A stretch of 64,000 bases of DNA. It comes from Balanoglossus misakiensis (Eukaryota > Animalia > Hemichordata). The stretch covers positions 6,310,509-6,374,508 of the forward strand of contig CM082586.2 of the NCBI GenBank assembly GCA_040954595.2, in the 5' to 3' direction. Position 1 is the first letter of the stretch. Each line of letters begins with the position of its first letter. Under the pieces are notes generated by a model. The model saw nothing but the letters and a program-made list of their open reading frames with translations, did no database searches and was not told where the DNA came from. The position numbers were made by a program, and so were the translations under genes. Below are positions 51,601-63,600 of this stretch, piece by piece.

Positions 51601-54600
51601 CTCTATCTTGCAGTTGTTCTATGGTGTGCGATTGCAATTTGACATTTTCATTAAAAGAATTTTGCAGACATGTCTTGACTTATTTCATTCTATAAAACAA
51701 CGCTTTGTTCTTATACTGCTAACTGTATGTAATGAGAATTGAACTTTGTCTCTTGCCAAATTATGCCACTCTCATTTACTCGCGTTTACTTTTGATTTTT
51801 CAGATCATCATCAATCTGTTGAAGAGGTCATCGTACGCAGGAATGAATGAAATAGAAGTCTACATCAAGGAGGATCCCAAGTCCAGCCTGCAACAGACAT
51901 TCACATCCAGGGCGTCAGCCATGATTGTCGCTCAGGATGAGGATGTGTCTCACTTTGAACTTGAAGAGGTGAGGAATCGTGTGAAACTTTTTCTGTGCTA
52001 GGGTATTTAAAACCTCCAGACAAACTTCCACTTCTAAATTGGTTTTTGGATACTTGGTTCCATCATTTGGAATCTGTTTTAGTGCTTGGAAGCTATCAAT
52101 TTAAGACGCGCTGTACTAAGTACTGAGGCTCGAATACTGTAAAAGCAGTGGGATTTATATTTCGGTTTTAAATTCACGAATTTGCCTATGAAAAAATGAG
52201 TTCTATTTCACTTTCACATTTTCACTGGGATTTAATTAGTGGATTTTATTAATCAGCAAAAAAAGCGAAATTAAAACACTTACCTCGATCTTCAAATGGG
52301 CCCTAAAACCATGGGGGGGGGGGGGGGGGGGCGTTTGTCTGAGCAGGGGCTCTTACCCGGGCAAGTACGGTAGTATTTTGGGAATTCTGATGTTACTGAA
52401 ATGACTTGATACAGAGATTTGGCTATGAATGTGGGGATACAGCACCAACTAGGAATTTTGCACTGACATGGTGAACTCTTTCCCTGCAGGTTGCTCTTTC
52501 CGGGTGGGCGGCACTGGGAATGACGCAGGAAGGATCGGTGATGACCGCGCACTCCATATCCGGGGATCACTCCGGACTGACATCCATCCGGGAAGGTCAG
52601 GCGTTCCACACCACCTTCTCCCGTGAAGTCATGCCTTTCTCCGTGTTGGTGCACGAAGGAGCAAATGTCACACTGCCGGAATACCTAGACTGCAAAAATG
52701 TTGAGCTTATCATTCGAGGTAAGAAATTTTAGACAAAAAGAATGAAATTTTTACCAAACGGGTATGTACCCGTTAAAAGGGGCATATTTTACACATAGGT
52801 ATTTTTTTTCAAGAAACAGGTCTTTGTACAGGAAAATGTTTATTGTTGATATCTATAGAAATGAAGAAATGGCATACACTGTACATGTATTGAGGAGCTG
52901 GTTATGTACAACAACAAAAATGCAGTTTTGTATACAATGTACCAGTGCACTTAAAAGGGAGAATGGTAACCAGTCATGCCCTTAACTCTGTTTGATGTGA
53001 CCAAAAGTAATGTAAATCAGTTAATACTTATACCATTTATGCACCAATTTGTCACATGAAATTTCATTGAATCTTTATACTCCTGACACAGGTGAATTTG
53101 GCAACATGGAGAATCTGACAATCAGCAGGGGATGCAAAGTCACCATGGAACACCTCAGGGCCATGACGACGTTCCTTGATCATGTGGTCGTCAAGACCGA
53201 GGGTGAGCTCTCAGTGACCACTCAGGGAGATGCAAAGACAACCTTAGAGGGAGCCACATTCTCAATTCGCAGTGGAGGTCTGGTAGGTTCGCTTTAACAA
53301 TAAACCCAAGACTTTAAAATTCTTCTCAGAATAATTTCCAAATGTAAGACTTGAGTCATGATCCTACATGTACAGACTTTTCAGTTGTGGTTTCTAAATA
53401 TACAGCGATTCGAAAATGCAGACAAAAGTTGAAATTCACACAATGCCAGCAGGCATCATATTTAGTACGTTATCATCTTAGTAGAGACATCACTTAGCAT
53501 GAATGAATAGGTATACTTTCGCTTTTGCATGGACATTGTACCTGTCGCAGCATCTTCCAACACTTTGCCTATCATGACACAAGTGTGATAATTTTTAAAA
53601 GCAACAATTGGAATTCTTCTGTTTTCTTCTTCCACAACAGGTTTTCTCAGATGACCTGGTTCTTCATTATCAGGATGTAACAGTAGAGCCATATGCATAC
53701 CTGTCCACTGATGCAAGTGTTCCATCGTCAATCGGAGAATCAGGTACTGGGTGTCCACATGTACCCCACTATTGCACGTTGCTGGTTTTAAAACGACAGC
53801 CACTGAAGCCAGACTTATCACTTTTTGGTGAATTTATGAATACCGAATGAAACATAGAAATGCTTTGATTGTTGGTCCACTTTTAAAACTGCTTTTAAAT
53901 GTTCATTTCTTCAAAGGGCAATAGATGTGCAAAGGAGTTCAGTACATGTGCAAGATGCAATGATTATTAATTCTTACAAAAGTAGTCAAGTTCTAACGTC
54001 TTGTGTTACCTGGGGTGGCTTTAATTAAATTTACCAATGGTCTTGTGATTTATGTGATGGAAAAAATTAAATCTTTTGTAAATTGTCAGAGCTTGTAATC
54101 TTATCTTATTGATCACATGTTATCCATATAGTTTTATGGGTACATGAATTCACCAAATGATCTACTACTACCTATGAAAAGTTCATTTTGAAGTCACTGT
54201 GATTTTACAATTAATATGCAATTTAATTTTCTTGTTCTTACTTTCCTTTGTAAAAGGAGTTGGTGTTGGAAAGACAGGCTCCACTGGTTGTTCTGGTGCC
54301 GGGCATGGTGGCAGTGGTGGCCAAGGTGGCGGACAGTCGACCATTGGCACAGTGTTTGGCTCTTTCCTGAAACCCGACACATTCGGCCGAGACGGAGGTC
54401 ACAAGAGCTTCCCGCACCTCGGCGGAGCCGGTGGCGGGAAGCTCTTCCTCAACGTCTCGGAGAGGTTGGTCGTTGATGGCTACATCACGTCCAACGGCGG
54501 ACAGTGGAGATCGCCGCGCGCCGGCGGGGGCAGCGGTGGCAGTATCTGGATCGAGACTCAAGTCCTGGATGGCGACGGGTACATTGAAGCCAAAGGGGGC

Positions 54601-57600
54601 GATGGTTATGAGGGTAGTAACATGGATGGTGGTGGAGGAGGGGGAGGAAGAGTAGCTGTGTATTACGAGGAGAACCACTTTATTGGTGAGTAAAGGTTTA
54701 ATAATAACTTATATGCGAAATTCTGATATGACTAATTTGCATGACTGTAATTTACTGCAAAATTATTATTATGAGTTTCAATTGTTTTTTTCCGAAAATT
54801 AGAGGAGGGTGACTAAAGCTCCTAAGTTGCTCCTCGGAGGACACTTGTACAGTCAAACCTGTCTGTAGCAGCTTTAAACAGATTTTGCTAAATTGGTGTT
54901 TTTAGGCAAGACACATGTAAATGCACAAGGATTGCAACAAAGTGGCCACTATAGACAAGTTCCCACTATATAGAGATGCAGCCAATAACACATGTTTAAT
55001 GGTGTACGTTTATATTTTATTATTATGTTGTGTCAATTACAGGGGATTTCTTCGCCTATGGTGGTGACAGTAATTACGAACCAGGAGGGGCGGGCACGGT
55101 GTACCTTCACAAACTCCAAGCAGAGAACGGAACCAGGTTCTTGGACGGGACCAGCGAAGAGGCCCGCATGTCCCATGACACAAACGTCACGGCGACCCTA
55201 TCCAACAGAACGCTGTACATCAACAACAACGGACGCTATCCGAGAGACATGATGAGGAATTTGACGGATATCTACGGAAACCTCGAGTCGGGGTCCACGT
55301 TGACGTGGATCGTCCCCGGTGAAGCGTCGGACATCGCCGACAGAAACGAGCCCAGCCACAACTTCACCGAGCACATCACCGTCGACGAACTCCACGTGTA
55401 CGGAGGCGGTCATATAGCCTTCGTAGAACCGGACCGACCGACGGACGAACTGGACGTCAGACTCGGCACGGTGTTCGGTGACCGCACAGGGCGTCTCCAC
55501 GTGGGCTGGAACCAGACGTACTATTCCGTCCATTCCCCGATGCCCCTGGACATGTTCGTGTACAGACGTGGGTTGGCCACTTTGCAAGGTGAACTGAAGG
55601 TCGACGGGGTCACCGTTAATGTGGAAGGCGTCCTGGAAAACTTGGAGAATATCTCCATATCAGATAGCGGTGAGTTTCTTAGAAATATATTCCTTTCCCA
55701 AAATGAAGCTAAAGCTCACTAGAGGTATATAGTCACCTATGCTCTTTCAGCTATAGTTACCTTGGTAAGTTGAGATCTAGTCAATCATAGATTTTCAGTA
55801 GGTGGCACGTGTGTTCTTTATTGTAAATTCATTATTTCCGCCATTTATGGGCGTATGTAAATTGGAGGTGACCATGTACCTTTAAAAGCCATTAAGAAGG
55901 TTAATGGTAACACCCTGCACAATCACCAATGCTCTTTCAGTAATTGGTAATCTTTAACAGGTGCAAGATTAACTGAATAATAATACAATTTCTGCGTCTT
56001 TTTTTGCCCAGGTGTTTTGCTCATGCATGAAATGATCAACATCGAAGGCGAGCCAACAGAGACGTTAGTCTTCAAGGAGTGCAAGGTGCGCAACCACGGC
56101 ACCATGAAAACCCACAACGGAAACAACAGGCGTACGCTGAAGGGAGAGTCCATTCGCGTTTACGGGGGTGCTGAACTGGTCGGTGTGAACCTGCACGTTG
56201 AAGTGGATGAGGTCATCATTGATTCCCTGGGGTCAATGAACGTGGATTATGCTGGATACAAAAGTCAAGGTTTGAGAAATATCATGACATATTGTCCATA
56301 AACGTTTACCTAATCACAATACCTTGATAGTACTGTATTCAGAGTGAAATTTGCAAATTGTCACTAGTTTCTACAAACTTAAACCAGTGTTCTGCATACT
56401 TTACAAGTAAGATTGTTATAATTGTGTTTCTAAGAAAAATCTGACATATCGGCTTCATAAAATGTAGATGCAACCATGTGTTCTTGTTCTGAAATGTCAG
56501 ATTTTTCTTAGACACACAATTATTTTCTTGGATGTAAAAAGTTTTCAGATTAAACCTTCCTGAGAGTTTTTGGCTACAGGTTTCTTGTGTTATGCTAAGA
56601 AGAAACTGTTCATTTCCCCCAACAGAGGGACCCGGAGCAGGCTTGACCTACGGAAGTTACGGCACAGGTGGTAGCCATGGAGGCAGCGGAAGTTGCCACA
56701 GTGCCTCGGAGATGCCGTCTCCCGGATACGGATCCTTCATCAGCCCCAGCGAGTTCGGTTCTGGAGGGGGGACAGACAGCTATGGTAACAGCGGTGGCGC
56801 AGGAGGAGGAATTCTCACTATGAATGTCAGTAACTTCATGAGGGTTGAGGGTGCCCTTCACGCCAATGGAGCCCAGTCCCCCAACCAGAATGCCGGCGGA
56901 GGGTCGGGAGGGAGCTTGCTGATCTCCACAGCAAGGCTGGAAGGCATGGGCAGCATTCAGGTATGGATAAAAACTTTGATTGACTCATCATCTCTTGTTA
57001 AGGATGTACAATCAGTGAAATTGAAAGTATTGTCATTTCTTTGAGTTGTGGATTTTTTATTTCTCCTTTGTAAAAGCATAATGAAAATCTGTATTAAAAA
57101 TTGGGGTCAACATACTTGTGTTTTGAAAAACAAGGCCGTACATCCTTAAGCCCATAAAGAGGAGCATGATGAATTCATAAACATTCAATTGGTATTATAT
57201 TTCCCGTAAGATAGAGTAGAGTGTATATATAAGGCACACTTATGAACCATCACAAATAACCATAGAAAATGATTCATATATCTTGAAGGAGATTGTTGGG
57301 GTTTTTTTGTCCACTGTCCAAAAGAATGTGACTGTGGTCTTTCTTGATTTCAGGTGAATGGTGGTGATGGTCATGGCGCTGGCAGTGGTGGACGTTTGGC
57401 TCTCTACTACGACGAAGACGACTTCGATGGCGTCTTTGAGTCGTCCGGTGGCAGTGGTTTCAACGAACACGGTGCATCGGGGACAGTGTATCTCAAGAAA
57501 CTCACTGAAGATGGCGAACTGCGCACCCTTCAAATTTATAATCATTTTGATTATGCTGATAAGCAGGTAAAACTTGATTTTGTGGCGTGTTAAAATAAAT

Positions 57601-60600
57601 TTACTTGGTCTGGTCAAAATCCAACAGGGATGTAATGTTGCAGGGATGAGAGAGCAAGGTTACACTCAACAGTAACTCTCTGTAATTAACCCAGTACTCA
57701 GTCTATTGTATATGGATGAACACTGAATTTTATGCTGTGGTTATTATTGTTCGTCAGCCAAAAGTTTTCAGTTATTTTTTGTCTGAGAATATTCTCTTTT
57801 GCGGTCTTTGTGAACTAAAATATTCGACATTTATATCATTTTAATGTATCTGAATTTTTTGTGGAATCTTTGTGTCCTGCAGAGTCGTCGAACATGGATA
57901 ACAATACCAGAAAACGCAACATCGGATTATGTCATTGATGTCCTAGACATCGGCGGCTATGCCCATGCAGCCATTGAACCCACCGATGACCAAGGATGGC
58001 CGTCCGATGGGTACCGAGAATTCAATGTCTTGGATATAGCTGGTGACCACACAGGGACTCTGCACGTTGATGCAGACAGACACTTGGAACTTTCTGAAAA
58101 CGCCACTTTCCGAATACCATTCAGCATTGTTGTTAATCAGGTTTGTAACCAATACGACACATTTTTCAAGTGGTCTTCAAAAGATCAAGTGCAAGGTGTA
58201 ATTGCAGGCCGGTTTGTTCTCTATAGAATTGGTATTGGAACGAGAGATTTAAAAAAGCATTTTTCAACTCTGATGACATAAATTTCACTTCCTGAGTTGT
58301 GACTATTGGATAATGGGTAGACTGAAAGCGGCAAAGCAAAGAACTCTCAACTTGTAACTAGGCAAACCGTAAATATTTGGAGGGAAAATCCTGAAGAGTT
58401 AGAGTCTTTGCCCCAGAAATCTTTCCCGCAAGAACTGGAATTGCGTGCCTGGTAAATTATATCATGAAATAATAATACAGTGAGTATGGCTACATTTTTG
58501 TTTTTCAGAACGGAACAGCTCAGCTACCAATCCATACATACCTACAAGATGTTAGTTTGAGTATCTACGGTGGTGATGTCTTCGGCATTGATCATCTTGA
58601 ACTCTCCCTGAATGGACAGACTACGATGGATCCTCTCGGTACGATTAATGCCATCAACGGAAGCGAGGTAAACTTGCAGAATTTCACTATCCATGACGGT
58701 GGCGTGTTCGACTACACGGGCACTGTGGACAACAGCCCAGGTCTGACCATGGAGGTTTCAGATAGATTCCTGATCAGGGGAGGTGGCACACTCACCACGA
58801 ACAAAATCACCTTACAAGGCAAGTATCATTAACCCTTTCGCCCAGTTTCCCTCTATGGAGGTCCCACATTACCATGTGAAATTATGGAATTTGACCAAAT
58901 CATAGTTAAGACTTTGCATCAGAGCCAAATGTATGGCATTTTTGCAGCATCATTAGATTAAAATGACTATAACTGGAAATTTGCCTTATTTATTTTTCAA
59001 AGTTAGAGCTGACACAGGACAATACTTAGGCATGCATTTTAGAGAGCTGTCAACCTTGAGTTAAAACGATATCAGTTATCATTAAGAACACTGAATTAGA
59101 GAGAAATGAAATAAGCATTTTTTTGCAAACAGTGTAGTGATTTTTCATAATGTCAGCAATACTGATTTCTTTGAGTATATTAACCCACCCTTTCGATTCT
59201 CTCTCTAGCATCCAGAATCACTATCGATGATGAAGGCCTCATTGATGTCAAGGAAAGAGGTTACGGGCCAGGTGAAGGCCCGGCTGCCGGTATTGATCAC
59301 AGCAAAGGTGGTTCCGGGGCCTCGCATGGTGGCCGTGGTGGTATGGGTAGCTTTGCATCCAACAGCAGATCTGCGTATGGCAATGTGTTGGAGGCGACTG
59401 AGTACGGCAGTGGAGGAAGTATTGGTGGCGGGACACAGGTGAGAATCATCTTGGTTGTAAATCTAAATAACAATTAGTGGCTCAAAATGTCTGAAAAATA
59501 TTTTTTCAACATACAGTCCTGTTTCATTCATGATAACATAGTAAGGATTCTCTGCCTGGATGGTCTATGCTTTGGTATACATGATATGCAACTGAATTTG
59601 TTTCAAGACTACAGCCGGTATGGTTACAGGATATATACATAGATATTCCTGAATATCTATGTAGGACAGTGTATCATTGGATTTCTATGCATATCATTTT
59701 TTGTCAAACATGGTTTTCATTACTAAACCCAACTGGGTTTCATTACTAAACCCAACTGTGTGCAGCTCGCAAGTGACTAATTTATTTCAAATATGATTTC
59801 TTTTGATATTTCTAGCCCTGTTGACCAAGCAGATATTGGCATTGACTTATGAGATTATATCATACAAACGCATATCTTTGAACTTAATTTTTTTTATTAG
59901 TCTACCGGAAGTGGAGGTGGCATCATCACCATGTCGGCAGACACCATCATGACAATCGATGGTGCACTGGTTGCCAGTGGTGGCACATCGGACCGAGTGG
60001 GCAACGGTGGCGCAAGTGGTGGCAGTGTGAATCTGTATGCTGGCATCCTGGCAGGTCAGTTTGTCATTTGGTCCTCTGATGATTATAACCTTAATTGGGT
60101 TGGATGGACTTCTAATTAATTAGTCAAACCTGTGTTAGTGGCCACCTCTACATGTATATAGTGGCATGCAGTGTGTTACAGTCCCTTTGCAATTAACATG
60201 TACATTAATTGACCTGTCTATAAAAGCCACCTGTCTTTTAAGTCCAGTTTAGGAATTTAAGTTCCTTGACTGGCCACTATAGACTGGTTTGACTGTAAAT
60301 GGTTAGTTTTGTTTGAAAGAATATTCCCACCATTAAAACACAAGAAATCAACCTCACCAAATTTTGACAACAATATTTTATTGTTCTGTTACAGAACATA
60401 GGATTACCCTCTGAAAGGTCTTTATAATTGAATGTATAAATGTATACAAATCAATCAAGCAGGTACTGAAATAAATACAATATGCATGGATATGTTGTGG
60501 AATGATAATCTGGATTATTCTTATGTCCAACAGGGAGTGGTGAAATTCTTTCCAATGGCGGAGACGGTGCCTGTGTTCCCGACTGCAGCATTTGTGATTC

Positions 60601-63600
60601 CGAACGTCGATGTCTGCAGTGCACCAATTATAAATACTGGAGAGATTCCAACTGCATTAGTGACTGCAACTATTGGTATAATCGAAGAAACACAGGCTAT
60701 CAAACTGGTCGATACTGTGCAAATGAACTTGCTTCCACCAGTGAGGTCAGTTAATGTGATATTTTGAAGCAGTTGACCATGAAGCAAAATCATTCACATA
60801 ATCACTCTGGGAAAAGGATTTTAAAAAATCAGGAAAAGCTCTGGAGACACTCCGGGAATTTTAGTGATGTAGTGTGAACAAATCCTGTCAGAATGCTTGA
60901 TTACACGCAAATTACTAAAAAAAAAACATTTTTAAAATGCCAATAAAATTATGAAACTACTTAACTTTAATTGGGTTGGAAGAACGTCTAATTAATTAGT
61001 CTAACCTCTGTTTGCCACTGTTCATCAGTTGTTTTCATATTTTTTGGTGTGTGATAGGAATGGCGGATTGGTGGAGGAGGTGGCGGTGGTCGTATCAGCA
61101 TCTACACATCGCAAGACTACAGATTCAACGGTGACATCCAAACCTACGGCGGCAAAAGTTACAAAGAGACAGGCGGGGCCGGTACAATCTATACTTCCAA
61201 CACCTCACCCAACGGCACGGTGACCACCCTTAAAGTCAACAACCGAGGCAAGAAACCACTGCGGGATCACATTCTACACGAGCTGCACGAAGACTCGGGT
61301 CGTTCCTACATCATCACGGATGCTAGCCACGATGTCTTTGACTACGCGTTTGACCGTGTGTACATAGAAGAAGGGTCGCATTTAGCTTTTGAGAATTCCG
61401 GAGGCGGTATCACGGAAGTGGAAATAGGAAGGCTTCATGGGGATCTGACTGGCATGATCCATCCAGCTGAAAACTACCCAGTGACAGTCCTGGACTCCGA
61501 ATCACCCTTCCCAGCGTCTTTCAGGATCTATGAGAACACCTACATGAAATTACCAAAAGGTGAATTACTGTAAATCTCATGAATTTGCGAAAATCATTTC
61601 CAGAATGTACCAAAGCTTGTCGAGAGAGTAATGTTGTATAATAATATACAGGATACAAGTTGAACTTTTGTAAATGTTCACTTTGTTCTTTCAGAAGGCT
61701 TTTTAAAATGCGAAAGATGCATGTTATTCTATCACCCATTCATGCAGTTTGTCAGATTTCAATCCTTGAAAACCAGAGATGCAGTAATTAAACTTTGTAC
61801 AATGTCTCATTTTTACATTTTTACTCTTTTAACCCTTTTTGTGGGGTTTGATATTCTTTTTGTTTTGCAGCTCTCACACTTGCCTACCTTGATTACTACG
61901 ACATTCATCTTGATGGAGAGATGGATGGGGTTCATGATCTGACAATTGGCAGAGACATCAACTTCTATGTTGGATATGAGGTAACAGACAAACACACTTT
62001 TTCTGCTGCTTGTATGAAAAAAGATGCTGCACGTACGATTATGCCTGTGCGTAGTCTCAATACTTGGGCAAAGACTGACTGTGTCATTCAACTTGTTCAG
62101 TAGAGTAGTAACCTCGATTAACAAAAGTTGATTTTCTCCCTTTTCTGCGCAGGGCCACATGTCCGGTCAGATCGTCAAGGCATTGAGTCTGCACAACCTG
62201 CAGATCTTGGCAGACGGTGAGATCCAGTCCTGGTACCCGCCAGATCCCGATTCGCCAGATGTCAACCCAGACTACCCATCTCTGATATTGGATATCAAGG
62301 AGAGACTCCACATTCACCCTGGTGGCTCACTACAGGTGAAGACTTCAAGGGACAAAGTCTCTCTCTCGCTGTCCTATTTCCATTTATTATGTTTGATGCA
62401 AGACACTGGTTATGTTATTCTACTTGTGGATGTATAGTGAATCAATGTTCGACCACACACAACTTCTTTCCCACTTGTAGACACGAGAGTGAAAAAACTC
62501 GCCAAAATGAATAATCAGTCTCTACCATTTATTCATATTGGCGAGATTTTTGCTTTGATAGCCTACAAACGGGCAACTTGTGCTTGTCTTAAATATTCTT
62601 TACTATTCATTCATTTTAGACACATTGGCTTGAGATGACAGCAGACACAGTGTTGCTTGACCAGGCAGGTGTTATCGATGTGAGTGGTCAGAGTAGAGAC
62701 TACAGGAATGGCGGAATTAACAGTGAATATTGGGGTGAGTATTGGCAACATTTTTATCATCATTGTACATAACCTGCCAGTAACCCAAGTCGTTCAATTG
62801 TACTGTACATTTCAATATTTTTACATTGTGGATTTTCAATATTGCTGGCATGGTTTGGGTGAGTGTATATGTATCACTTGATCAAAGCATTCTATTTTTG
62901 GCTTTATGCCAATTTACTAATAAAATAGTATGTATAATTTTGTAACAGTTTTATTTGATTCATAATCGATGGCTCTGCTAGGTAGTTTTAGAAGACTTTT
63001 CTGTTTTTTATGAACTTTTTTCAATGTGTGAATTTTTATTACTCTTCCCCAGGTGCTTCTGGTGGTGGTCATGGTGGAAGTGGGGGCCAGGGATACAAAA
63101 CGACCACAGTTGGACCTGCCTTTGGCTACCTGCACCACCCGATAGATTTTGGCACTGGGGGTGGAAGCTCCGACCGGTATACTGACTACGGCGGGCCTGG
63201 TGGCGGCGTGGTCAGCGTTATCGCGAATGTAATCGAAATCCGTGGCAGCGTGATGGCGGATGGCAACGCGGCCGCTAACGGTCGAAGTGGCGGTGGCAGT
63301 GGCGGTGGCATCTTCATGCAGAGTCGCGAGTTCCACGGCGACGGTGCCATCTCGGTCAACGGCGGCTCGGTGCCCGGCGGCAGCAGTTATCCCGGCGGTG
63401 GCGGCGGAGCGGGCCGCATCGCCGTCGACTTCGACGACTACTACTTCACGGGAAGCCTGCAGGCGCACGGTGGGACGAGCGGGCAGGAGGCGGGAGGCGC
63501 CGGCACTGTTCTACTCTACAGCACGCTGACGCGCAACGCCACGCTCCTGGCCGACAACAACAACCACGGCTACCCGCTGGAACCGCAGATCGACTACGCA

